A stretch of DNA of 20,000 nucleotides from Chiloscyllium plagiosum (GCF_004010195.1 NC_057752.1:13531212-13551211); one strand, 5' to 3'. Positions 1-10,410 are shown, counted from the first letter of the stretch. The notes: generated by a model from the letters alone, not told the origin. Numbers and translations are program-made.

Positions 1-142
1 TACCAGCCAGATGTTCCTCAAGTCCAATTCCCCATGTTGTGCAGATCCCCTCCCTCACTCAGTCCCTCTTACACCAACGCAGCTCAGACCAGGATAGCAG
101 CAGCGTGTGTTCTAATTCCAGCTAATGTGATGACTAGACAAG

Positions 143-945
143 TGTTATGATCAGACACCGAAATGTGGCTTGATAGATTTTTTTTTTGTTTTACTGAGGT
201 ACACTTTAAAACAGAAGTTTATTATACACAAGGAATGAGAATTGAAATAAAATAAAACAAACTATTGACATATAGAAGATTGAAGACTCTTGAAACTTAA
301 TAAAATACACTCCCATTAATCCCAAAAGCATTCCTTTACAGTCATCACATTAGAGAGAATTCCCTTATTTTGTCTATGAGGCTTAATTAACTGTGGCTTC
401 AATTCTCTGTCTTGAGAATCTGATAGCCTCGACCTGGAGCTATCGTATAACTGAGCTTAGACTTTCTCAGTTTCAAATAACCTCCTCAGGGTTTTAACAG
501 AGCACCTCTGGTATAGAACAAGCAAACTAAACTCCTTTCCCTAAGGTAAACTTTTTTTTTTAAAAACAGTTCCAAATTCGTTCCTTTTCTCAGGAGAAAT
601 TCTTGTACAGTTTTAGACAAAACGTCTGTAGTTTGACCCCAAACAGTAAATCTTCTGCTGCCGCCCCACCCCCACCCGTCCAAGTTATGGGTATTTCCCC
701 TCATCTAAACAGAATGCCTGACACACAAGCACTTATTTTGTATGCTTGTACAAATTCTCCCAAAGTAAACAATCTCCCACTAGCTTCCAAGAACTATTCC
801 CCTCAGACCATGTTTTAAAAGAAAGCGCCACAGTTGCAGAAATACTTACAAGTTAATCATAAAACCCCTTCAGACACACAGACCAAAACCTCAAATTCAA
901 ACTGTAAGATAAACGATATTATAGATAAACCACACCTTTTTACCA
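143..945. mobile_element. Putative solo LTR (family unknown)
   Basis: TG at 143 and CA at 944-945, flanked by a 4-bp direct repeat CAAG (139-142, 946-949). AT-rich and non-coding, with a minus-strand AATAAA near 218-223. Alternative termini TGTGATGA(126)...TTACCACA(947) lack a TSD. Confidence 0.4.
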
Positions 946-1654
946 CAAGTGGGAGAATTGAATTCGCCTCCCCTCCTCTCTCCTGTGGTCATTGACATTG
1001 AGGTGAAGGGTCAAAGATGATAGTGCAGCACATTACTGAAGGCGAGAGGAGTAGGAGCTAGTAGGAAGCAGTAGTTAAATTGATACCAAGCTTGAGTGAA
1101 GTGTGTTCGAGTCAGTGAAGACTGAAGGCCATCATGTGTCGAGTTTGAGGCAGACCAAAAGAATGAGTTGGAGGAGACGACAGTTTTAGGACACAGGGAG
1201 AAAAGTGTGTTGATTAGATGTTTGAAATTTAGGAGGCAGAAACGAGGAAAGCTCAGGAGTCTGCCATAGGAGAGAAAATCTAATAAAGTCAGCTCAGAAA
1301 GGACGGCAAAGGCGGCCATAATGGTGGCAGTTGACTGATCTTGCAAGACACAAAAGAAACCACGAGAGGAATTGAACCTTACTTTGGGTGCAAAACCTGA
1401 CAATTTCTGCTGCCCTTCATACAACAGTGAAAAGCACACAGGAAGTGTGCCGATCGCCATCTTGGATCAAGCAACCTTTGGTCGTCCTAGCAGCTCTCTG
1501 TTCGGGTCATGGCCTAAAGGCAGCGCTTACAGTCTGTCTGTCACTTCCTTTGTTGAACTGGACTGTGGTTGACTGGCCTTGGGCAGCCGTATTAGGGGTC
1601 CTCACACAGGCTTGAGGAACACAGGGACAAGAATGCCTTCCTGCAATAATCCAG

Positions 1655-1972
1655 GGTCTGGAAGAGACCACACCTGGAGTACTGTGCGCAGTTTATCCGA
1701 GGAAGAATATTCTAACGATGGAGAGAATGCAGCAAAGGGTTGCCAGACTGATTCCTGGAATGACTGATGCCAAGGTTGACATATAAAGGGAGAGTGAGTC
1801 GGTTAGGATTGTATTGCCTGGAGATTAGGAGAATGAGGGCTGGGGTGGGGGTCTTATAGAAACCGAGAAAATTCGCAGAAATTAGATGTAGGATTCTGAT
1901 GGTTGGGGATTCCAGAACAGGGATATGGGAGAGGCCATTTAGAACTGAGATGAGGAGAGATATCTTCACCCA
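1655..1972 (+). mobile_element. Decayed CR1-clade LINE ORF2 3' fragment
   Basis: agaccacacctggagtactgtgcgcagttt reads RPHLEYCAQF, the CR1 RT C-terminal motif. Continues with degenerate CR1-like sequence up to ttcacccagag, where the next element begins. Confidence 0.75.
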
Positions 1973-2690
1973 GAGTCATAGAGATGTACAGCACGGAAAC
2001 AGGCCCTTCGGTCCAACCCATCCATGCTGACCAGATATCCTTAATTCATCTAATCCCATTTGCGAGCACTTGGCCCATAGCCCTCTAAACCCTTCCTATT
2101 CATGTCCCCATCCAGATGCCTTTTAAATGATGCAATTGTACCAGCCTCCACCACTTCCTCTGGCAGCTCATTCCACTCATATACTACCCTCTGTGTGAAA
2201 ACATTGCCCCTTAGGTCTGTTTTGTATCTTTCCCCTCTCAACCTGAACCGACACCCTCTAGTTCTGGACTCCCCCACCCCAGGGAAAAGACCTTGTCTAT
2301 TTATCCTATCCATGCCCCTCATAATTTTACAAAACTCTATAAGTTTTGTAAACTCTATAACTTGTAACTCTATAACTCCTCAGCCTCCAACACTCCAGGG
2401 AAAACAGCCCCAGCCTGTTCAGCCTCTCCCTATAGCTCAAATCCTCCAACCCTGGCAACATCCTTGTAAATCTTTTCTGAACCCTTTCAAGTTTCACAAC
2501 ATCTTTCCGATAAGAAGGAGACCAGAATTGCATGCAATATTCCAACAGTGGCCTAACCAATGTCCTGTACAGCTGCAACATGACCTCCCAACTCCTGTAC
2601 TCAATGCTCTGACCAATCAAGTAAAGCACACTATCCTATCTACCTGCGACTCCACTTTCAAGGAGCTAGGAACCTGCACTCCAAGGTCTC
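1973..2690 (-). mobile_element. 5'-truncated CR1/HER1-like LINE (3' end)
   Basis: ORFs 2327..2629 (LYRTLVRPLLEYCMQFWSPSYRKDVVKLERVQKRFTRMLPG) and 2050..2322 (FTQRVVYEWNELPEEVVEAG) are CR1 ORF2 C-terminus. The 3' tail ctctatgactct lies at ~1973-1984. Confidence 0.92.
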
Positions 2691-2883
2691 CAAGAGACTC
2701 AAAGTGAACATTTCAGGCTGTGGACCTCTCATTAGCACCAGAGAGGAGCTGAGTGTTTTTCTTTTAAGGGAGTGGGAAGGGTGTGAGGTCAAGAAGAACA
2801 AAGGAGAAAGTCTGTGCTGGAGGTCGAGAGGGGGATTTTATGATGCAGCTTCCAAAACGCCTCATGGGATGCAGTCAGTCAGA

Positions 2884-3484
2884 GCATTGAGTGGAGAAGT
2901 TAGGACATTACGTTGCTGCTGCACAGGAAGTTGGTGAGGCCGCACTTGGAGTATTGTGTTCAGCTTTGGTCACCTTGCTGTAGGAAGGATGTTCTTAAAC
3001 TGGAAAGAGTGCGGAAGAAAGTTACAAGGATGTTGCCAGGACTCAAGGGTCTGAGTAACAGGGAGAGAGGTTGGACAAGCTAGGGCCTTTTTCTTTAGAG
3101 CATAGGAGACTGAGGGGGGACCTTCTGGAGGTGTATAAGATCATGGGAGGTATTGACAGGGTGAATATACTCAGTCTTTTTCCCAGCTTTGGGAATCGAG
3201 GACTAGAGGGCATCAGTTTAAGGTTAGAGGGGAAAGAATAAAAGGGAACCTGAGGGTCAACATTTTTACACAGAGGGTGGTACACGGTGGAATGAGCTGC
3301 CAGCAGAAGTGGTTGAGATGGGTATACTAACAATACTTAAAAGGCATTTGGACAAATACATGGGCAGGAAAGGTTTAGAAGGACATGGGCCAAGTGCAGA
3401 GAAATGGGGTTCGTGTGGATGGATATTTTGGTCGGAATGGACCAGTTTGGGCCTGTCTCTGTCCCGTCGGACTCTATGACTCTA
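2884..3484 (+). mobile_element. 5'-truncated CR1/HER1-like LINE (3' end)
   Basis: ttggtgaggccgcacttggagtattgtgttcag reads LVRPHLEYCVQ. Ends in tail ctctatgactcta. Homologous to 1973-2690 in the opposite orientation. Confidence 0.9.
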
Positions 3485-3571
3485 AAGGACACAGGCTGTG
3501 CTTAAATGAGACAGAAACTGCCACAAAGCATTACCTGAAGGGATTAAGAAAAAAAACAAAGCTGAGAACAA

Positions 3572-3915
3572 AGTGTCTGCGTGGGTTTCCTCCCACAGTC
3601 CAAAGATGTGCAGGTCAGGTGAATTGGCCATGCTACATTGCCGAAGAGAAAATGAGGTCTGCAGATGCTGGAGATCAGAGACGGAAATGTGTTGCTGGAG
3701 AAGCGCAGCAGGTCAGGCAGCATCTAGGGAACAGGAGAATCGACATTTCGGGCATTAGCCCTCCTTCAGGCTACATTGCCCACAGTGTTAGGTGAATTAG
3801 TCAGGGGTGAATATAGGGTAGGGGAATGGGTTACTCTTCAGAGGGGTGGTGTGGACTTGTTGGGCCGAAGGGCCTGTTTCCATACTGTAGAGAATCTAAT
3901 CTAGTCTAAATCTAA
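3572..3915 (+). mobile_element. 5'-truncated HE1 SINE interrupted by an insertion at 3643-3769
   Basis: gtgtctgcgtgggtttcctcccacagtccaaagatgtgcaggtcaggtgaattggccatgct matches the HE1 body seen at 10411-10753. Has the CR1-derived tail gggccgaagggcctgtttcc and a (TCTAA)-like terminus. Confidence 0.88.
3643..3769 (-). mobile_element. Short Penelope-type terminal (pLTR-like) fragment with 11-bp TSD
   Basis: Flanked by an exact direct repeat GCTACATTGCC (3632-3642, 3770-3780). Minus strand reads cctgaaggagggctaatgcccgaaatgtcgattctcctg...gatgctgcctgacctgctg...ccagcatctgcag, which I recognise as a shark Penelope terminal motif. Confidence 0.7.
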
Positions 3916-4182
3916 GCCAGCAGAGCAGAAGAGATGACAAATGAAGGAAAAACACGTTTCAAATAAGATCGTTCAGCTCTGCTACTGGGATGATGTTGCC
4001 ACTGCATGCATGGGAGAGGAGATAGCAGTAAAAGAAGAGATCAAACTGCCTTTTAAAATATAGATGAGCCAGCAGGCCCAATTGGAGTGAGGTGATGTTC
4101 CTGGCTGACGTTTGGAAGACATTTTCCCATCACCCTTTCACTCTCGAAGTTACAAACGCATCGCGAATGGATCAAACCATAC

Positions 4183-4344
4183 CTTTCTCGAAAATGGTGA
4201 TACTCCCTTTCCCGCCTTTGTTTGACCTCTTGGCGTTCTGCTGCGTCAAAGACCAGCTCCAAGTCGGTGATGGAGTCTCGATTGATGAGGTTGCCGAAGA
4301 AAGTCTTCTCTTCTTCACAGTTGCAATCATCTCTTGTCAGCTGA
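4183..4344 (-). CDS. B4GALNT1: Internal coding exon (162 nt, phase 2/2) of a beta-1,4-N-acetylgalactosaminyltransferase, B4GALNT1-like (GM2/GD2 synthase family), stem region
   Basis: Acceptor tttgattctcatttctttgtctgcag| and donor |gtatgg. Stop-free frame QLTRDDCNCEEEKTFFGNLINRDSITDLELVFDAAERQEVKQRREREYHHFRE(R) resembles recalled B4GALNT1 (CSCE...[29 protein letters not shown]) and B4GALNT2 (CKCE...VKARRQAEFEHFQRR). The CxC-to-DL spacing fits B4GALNT1 better; paralog assignment is unverified. Confidence 0.78.
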
Positions 4345-4639
4345 CTGCAGACAAAGAAATGAGAATCAAAGACGGTGCGATGAGCTGGTAGCGTCTGCTA
4401 CAAGAGTTATTCAAGACATAAAACAGAGAGACAGGAGGAAGGCCTTACGTTCCACCGTTCAAGTGGGTCGGGGGGTGGGGGGGAATCTTCTGTTCCTCAA
4501 CTCCAGCTCCCCGCCATCAGTTCAGTCACTCAACAACAAAAGAAATCTATCAATAAACAGCATCTGGAGAGATGAAGGGAGTTAGTGTTTCAGATCAGTG
4601 GCCTTTTCAGCAGAATGAACACATAACCCACGATATGGG

Positions 4640-5045
4640 ACCGTACTGGAGGGGGTGCAGAGGAGATTTGCCAGGATGATGCCTGGGATGGAGCAGTTTA
4701 GTGACGAAGACAGAATGCATAAGCTCAGGTTGCTTTCTATAGAGCAGAGAAGGTTGAGGAGGGATCTGATCAAAGTGGGTAAGATTACAAAGTGCATGGA
4801 CAGGGTGGATAACAAGCAGTTGCTCCCCTCAGTCAAAGGGTCAATAACAAGGGGGCAATCATTTTAAAATGGGTGGGGGTGGGGGGGGAACCTTTAAGAT
4901 GTACTTGGATTGAGCTTGAAGTGTCATCATATTCCAGGCTATGGGGCCTAGTGTGGGAAAGCGGGACCAGTGTAGATTTAGAGTAGTGTTTGTTGGCGCA
5001 GACTTGATAGGCCGAAGGTCCTCTTCTGTCCTGTAAGACTCTATG
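4640..5045 (+). mobile_element. Decayed CR1 LINE 3' fragment
   Basis: ORF 4655..4867 (VQRRFARMMPGMEQFS...LEQ/IEQRRLRRDLIK) is CR1 ORF2 C-terminus. Tail ggccgaaggtcctcttctg...gactctatg. Confidence 0.85.
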
Positions 5046-5329
5046 TCCGGTTTACAGCAAGGAGTGGATGGAGAAAGAAAAAGGATCTGTGACAAAGTGA
5101 ACAACAAAGAGAGGCTGAACGAAAGGCAAGTTCATCCTCCAGGGTGAGGGGGCAGGAGCACAGGCAAAGATACAAAAGATGTACCTGAGGCAGGTATTCT
5201 GCTAACTGAAAGGAATGTTTGGATAAAAATCTGCTCTCCTCCGACACCGAAAACATTTCAGCAACTTGGCTTCCAATTCTTACCCCTCCTCTCAGTAGAT
5301 GATCCATCATGGACTCCTCCCCTCCGTGG

Positions 5330-6025
5330 CTTCTATTCCCATTTCTGCTGGTACATCAGTATCCCCCCCCGATTTCCATAGCAACCTCAACTGCACTTCC
5401 TCACACCCTGCTTCCTGTCAGGACTCCGTCCACCACCCGCCCCCCGCCCTCCCATTTCTCCATCTTTGCTCTGTCTGTTCCAATGACACCACTTTCCATA
5501 GCAGCACTTCTGAGGTATTCCCTCAATCTGTCCACCACAGCAGTCTCCAAACCTCCTCCACTTCGAACCCAATGCCCCCACCAAAACCTGCCCTTTATTA
5601 AAATTAAAAACCTCTTTTTGCCTCTCCGTCCACTCCTTCCAGATGGAACAGTGCTTCACCTCCCACTTCTTTCAATCCAAGCGACTGCACACTTCTGTTC
5701 CGTCAGCAAGGGTGTTCTCGAGTTTCCTGCAGCCTAGCATTTTAATTCGCCATCTTGCTCTCACACTGATGCCTGTGACACGGTTCCAGAACAGCACCTC
5801 ATCTCTCAGCTCAGCGCTTCTGAACTCACACTTACATTCCAAGAATTTCAGCTGATAAGCTTAGTGACTATTTTGCTGCTTCTTTGTGGAACTCTTCAGA
5901 TTTTTTTCTTGTTTTTTTTTTTGTTTACTGCACGCCCGTCCCAGGTGCATCTTTTATTTCTTTCTTCTACTGTAAAACTTGCTTTTTTGTACCATCCAGA
6001 CTTGCTCAAAAGCGAATCCATCTCA
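5330..6025 (+). mobile_element. Highly decayed Penelope-like element (RT thumb, GIY-YIG remnant, 3' region)
   Basis: Peptide remnants CTSSHPASCQDS, FLHLCSVCSNDTTFHS, HSFQMEQCFT, AHFCSVSKGVLEFPAA*HFNSPSCSHTD and EQHLISQL are collinear with the Penelope ORF C-terminal half. The terminal sequence appears to resume at 9208-9245. Confidence 0.75.
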
Positions 6026-9000
6026 AAAGTTTGGCTTCTGGTGCAATGGCAGTGGAGTAGGGGTTTTGAGATCAGGGCTCATCTACTTAAGCAGTTTTTC
6101 ATCTTGCTTCTTTTCTTTTTTGTGTTTTCCTTTCTTCTACTTACTTCTTGTTGGAGAGCTCAGGAGCTTGTGACAGTGGTCAGCAAATAGACCCAGCGCA
6201 GACCCGTGGCTGTCGGAGAATAGGCCCAGCGCAGACCCGTGGCGGTCGGAGAGTAGGCCGAGCACAGACCGGTGGCGGTCGGAGAGTAGGCCCAGCGCAG
6301 ACCCGTGGCGGACGGAGAGTAGGCCCAGCGCAGACCCGTGGCGGACGGAGAGTAGGCCCAGCGCAGACTCGTGGCTGTCGGAGAGTAGGCCCAGCGCAGA
6401 CCCGTGGCTGTCGGAGAGTAGGCCCAGCGCAGACCCGTGGCGGTCGGAGAGTAGGCCCAGCGCAGACCCGTGGCGGTCGGAGAGTAGGCCCAGCGCAGAC
6501 TCGTGGCTGTCGGAGAGTAGGCCCAGCGCAGACCCGTGGCTGTCGGAGAGTAGGCCCAGCGCAGACCCGTGGCGGTCGGAGAGTAGGCCCAGCGCAGACC
6601 CGTGGCTGTCGGAGAGTAGGCCCAGCGGAGACCCGTGGCTGTCGGAGAGTAGGCCCAGCGGAGACCCGTGGCGGTCGGAGAGTAGGCCCAGCGCAGACCC
6701 GTGGCGGTCGGAGAGTAGGCCCTGCGCAGACCCATGGCGGACGGAAAGTAGGCCCAGCGCAGACCCGTGGCGGACGGAGAGTAGGCCCAGCGCAGACCCG
6801 TGGCAGTCGGAGAGTAGGCCCAGCGCAGACCCGTGGCGGTCGGAGAGTAGGCCCAGCGCAGACCCGTGGCGGATGGAGAGTAGGCCCAGCGCAGACCCGT
6901 GGCGGATGGAGAGTAGGCCCAGCGCAGACCCGTGGCGGTTGGAGAGTAGGCCCAGTGCAGGCCCGTGGCTGTCGGAGAGTAGGCCCTGCGCAGACCCGTG
7001 GCGGACGGAAAGTAGGCCCAGCGCAGACCCGTGGCGGATGGAGAGTAGGCCCAGCGCAGGCCCGTGGCTGTCGGAGAGTAGGCCCAGCGCAGACCCGTAG
7101 CGGTCGGGGAGTAGGCCCAGCGCAGACCCGTGGCGGACGGAGAGTAGGCCCAGAGCAAACCTGTGGCGGTCGGAGAGTAGGCCCATCGCAGACCCGTGGA
7201 GGACGGAGAGTAGGCCCATCGCAGACCCGTGGAGGACGGAGAGTAGGCCCAGCGCAGACCCGTGGCGGACGGAGAGTAGGCCCAGCGCAGACCCGTGGCG
7301 GACGGAGAGTAGGCCCAGCGCAGACCCGTGGCGGACGGAGAGTAGGCCCAGCGCAGACCCGTGGCGGACGGAGAGTAGGCCCAGCGCAGACCCGTGGCGG
7401 ACGGAGAGTAGGCCCAGCGCAGACCCGTGGCGGACGGAGAGTAGGCCCAGCGCAGACCCGTGGCGGACGGAGAGTAGGCCCAGCGCAGACCCGTGGCGGA
7501 CGGAGAGTAGGCCCAGCGCAGACCCGTGGCGGACGGAGAGTAGGCCCAGCGCAGACCCGTGGCGGACGGAGAGTAGGCCCAGCGCAGACCCGTGGCGGAC
7601 GGAGAGTAGGCCCAGCGCAGACCCGTGGCGGACGGAGAGTAGGCCCAGCGCAGACCCGTGGCGGACGGAGAGTAGGCCCAGCGCAGACCCGTGGCGGACG
7701 GAGAGTAGGCCCAGCGCAGACCCGTGGCGGACGGAGAGTAGGCCCAGCGCAGACCCGTGGCGGACGGAGAGTAGGCCCAGCGCAGACCCGTGGCGGACGG
7801 AGAGTAGGCCCAGCGCAGACCCGTGGCGGACGGAGAGTAGGCCCAGCGCAGACCCGTGGCGGACGGAGAGTAGGCCCAGCGCAGACCCGTGGCGGACGGA
7901 GAGTAGGCCCAGCGCAGACCCGTGGCGGACGGAGAGTAGGCCCAGCGCAGACCCGTGGCGGACGGAGAGTAGGCCCAGCGCAGACCCGTGGCGGACGGAG
8001 AGTAGGCCCAGCGCAGACCCGTGGCGGACGGAGAGTAGGCCCAGCGCAGACCCGTGGCGGACGGAGAGTAGGCCCAGCGCAGACCCGTGGCGGACGGAGA
8101 GTAGGCCCAGCGCAGACCCGTGGCTGTCGGAGAGTAGGCCCAGCGCAGACCCGTGGTGGTCGGGGAGTAGGCCCAGCGCAGACCCGTGGCGGACGGAGAG
8201 TAGGCCCAGCGCAGACCCGTGGCGGACGGAGAGTAGGCCCAGCGCAGACCCGTGGCGGACGGAGAGTAGGCCCAGCGCAGACCCGTGGCTGTCGGAGAGT
8301 AGGCCCTGCACAGACCTGTGGCGGTCGGGGAGTAGGCCCTGCGCAGACCCGTGGCGGATGGGGAGTAGGCCCTGCGCAGACCCGTGGCGGTCGGGGAGTA
8401 GGCCCAGCGCAGACCCGTGGCGGTCGGAGAGTAGGCCCAGCGCAGACCCGTGGCGGTCGGAGAGTAGGCCCAGCGCAGACCCGTGGAGGACGGAGAGTAG
8501 GCCCAGCGCAGACCCGTGGAGGACGGAGAGTAGGCCCAGCGCAGACCTGTGGCGGTCGGAGAGTAGGCCCAGCACAGACCCGTGGCGGACGGAGAGTAGG
8601 CCCAGCGCAGACCCGTGGCGGTCGGAGAGTCGGCCCAGCGCAGACCCGTGGCGGACGGAGAGTAGGCCCAGCGCAGACCCGTGGCAAGAGCTTGGGTGCT
8701 TCAACGAGATGGCCCTAGTGCTGACTCATGGCTGCTGCTGCGGAGAGGAGTCTGGGTTCCTGGCAGCATCTGCATCCAGCACAGATTCATGGAGGTGGCA
8801 GCAGACGGCGAGTTTGGCACGGTCGAACAGCCTGCATCATCAGCAGCAGCTGCATCGACAAGGTGGGCCCAAGCAGCCTCATGGCAGTGATGGAATGCGG
8901 TACCCAGTGACATCTACATTGGCGAGGCCATCGAGTCTTCGATGGACAAGGGCGTCGGGGGAGACAAGATGGCGCTGAAGGGTGGGCAACTTTCATTCCA

Positions 9001-9207
9001 GCGGTGAAGGGGACCTCCTGCCTGGTTAACAGGCCCATGGCGGAGCACTTAACAAGAAGGATTTGAAAGTTGAACACTTCCTTTATTTCTTCATTTTTCT
9101 GCCTTTATATTCTGTGCTTTGGTTTACTTTTCTGTATTTTAAGATGGTGCCGGAGAGTGGCGACACTATGCAACACTTTTTGCGACAATAAATCAATCAA
9201 ATTAATC
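6026..9207 (+). mobile_element. Putative non-autonomous retroposon with internal GC-rich VNTR and Rex1-like 3' tail
   Basis: Order: short head, T-rich tract, 33-bp VNTR, degenerate monomer relatives (8708-8890), T-rich tract, tail caacacttttTGCGACAATAAatcaatcaa. The 11-mer TGCGACAATAA is shared with the Rex1-type tail at 11690-11700. No clear TSD. Confidence 0.55.
6187..8685. repeat. 33-bp minisatellite, 75 full copies plus 24 bp; consensus GTAGGCCCAGCGCAGACCCGTGGCGGACGGAGA
   Basis: Directly visible. Phase is kept without indels (unit starts at 6187, 7243, 8101, 8662 differ by multiples of 33). 24/33 GC and 4 CpG per consensus unit. 26 identical copies at 7243-8100. Confidence 0.99.
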
Positions 9208-9245
9208 ATTTCCAGGTCCTGATGAAATATCACAGACATGAAAAC
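9208..9245 (+). mobile_element. Penelope terminal remnant with hammerhead-like core
   Basis: CTGATGA (9219-9225), A, ATATC-ACA-GACAT (stem with one mismatch), GAAA (9240-9243). Confidence 0.5.
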
Positions 9246-9249
9246 TTTG

Positions 9250-9453
9250 CCTTTTGATGGAATTTACGTGATCACATAACTTTCAAACAACATGTCAGCA
9301 CTGTACAGAATCTCACTCAAAACAGCGAGACTCCAAGACCCACTGTCGCCAGAAGTGTTTCAGCAGCTAAAGCACTTTTAGCAACCTTTCTTATTTTCTT
9401 ACTGCCCCGAGCTAAAAGGACATCCTTTCTCATCTTCATTAGGATTAGATATC
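9250..9453 (-). mobile_element. Ty1/copia (GalEa-like) RNase H remnant, downstream part
   Basis: Minus strand gives EDEKGCP/(frameshift)LARGSKKIRKVAKSALAAETL...LSEILY, matching the copia RNase H motif CPLxWxSKKIRRVVKSTLAAETL. Confidence 0.75.
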
Positions 9454-9762
9454 TGTTGCAGAGCTGAGTGGAGGTTGACACCCTTCTGAGAATTAAAACC
9501 AAAACACCCAGAGAAACTCACCTTGTTGTCTGATAAACAAATGTGCCAAGGGGTATAACTTACCTCTCATTCCACCCACCAATCGGTTATAAAGGAATGG
9601 TTAAAGGAAATGGAGTCCTTTCAGTCACCCCACAATCAGCAAGTAACAATTTACTTATCTAACTCCAACCGTGAACAAATTAACAGAACCTACCAATAAT
9701 CTGAGCAATTCCTCTCTAACTACCTATTCCCGAATAAAACAAGATTCTAACAGGATGCTGTT

Positions 9763-10080
9763 TGATTAGATTAGATTACTTACAGTGTGGAAGCAGGCCC
9801 TTCGGCTCAACAAGTCCACACCAACCCTTCAAAGAGCAACCCGTCCAGACCTATTCCTCTACATTTACCCCTTTACCTAACACTACGGGCAATTTAGCAT
9901 GGCCAATTCACCTAACCTGCATACCTTTGGACTGTGGGAGGAAACCGGAGCACCCGGAGGAAACCCATGCAGACACGGGGTGAATGTGCAAACTCCACAC
10001 AGACAGTTGCCAGGAAGCGGGAATTGAACCCAGGTCTCTGGCGCTGTGAGGCAGCAGTGCTAACCACTGTGCCACCGTGC
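9763..10080 (-). mobile_element. Near full-length HE1 SINE
   Basis: Minus strand starts gcacggtggcacagtggttagcactgctgcctcacagcgccagagacctgggttcaattcc (tRNA-derived A/B boxes). CR1-type tail and (TCTAA)n end. Confidence 0.93.
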
Positions 10081-10190
10081 AGCTACAAGTCCTACTTACA
10101 GAACAAAGCAATAAACTAAATCTTAATCTCTCAAAGTTCACATGGAACGTGTCTTGCGAAATGCTCCTCACCCTCTCTGCTGATCTTCTT

Positions 10191-10245
10191 TCTCTCTCTC
10201 TCTCTCTCTCTCTCTCGTGAGAGAGAGAGCGAGCGAGAGCGAGAG
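10191..10245. repeat. (TC)n directly followed by (GA)n/(GAGC) microsatellite, self-complementary
   Basis: Directly visible; a variant copy lies at ~11949-11993. Confidence 0.95.
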
Positions 10246-10410
10246 CTGAGGACTCTTAACTCTGGCAAATGGCAGTTAGCACTCCTCACGGTTTTCAAAA
10301 TGCCCACATCTTTTATACCCTTGATGACATATTAGTTTCTTTTCAATCAGATTGGTTCCCGATAGTCAAAAACATCAGGTTTAAATGTGATAGGTTTTCA
10401 GCACTTTAAT

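Noticed and set aside
1011..1615. ORFs near 1011-1615 as the next B4GALNT exon
   Set aside because: No PANSPLxYP-like motif seen in the minus-strand frames; the sequence looks like decayed repeat or intron.
6187..8685. CRISPR-like array (33-bp repeats)
   Set aside because: Units are contiguous with no unique spacers, there are no cas genes, and the context is a vertebrate genome.
6137..8718. 835-856 aa ORFs on both strands as real repeat proteins
   Set aside because: They follow from a 33-bp (multiple of 3) GC-rich unit that is stop-free in five frames; no non-repeat domain or splice context supports them.
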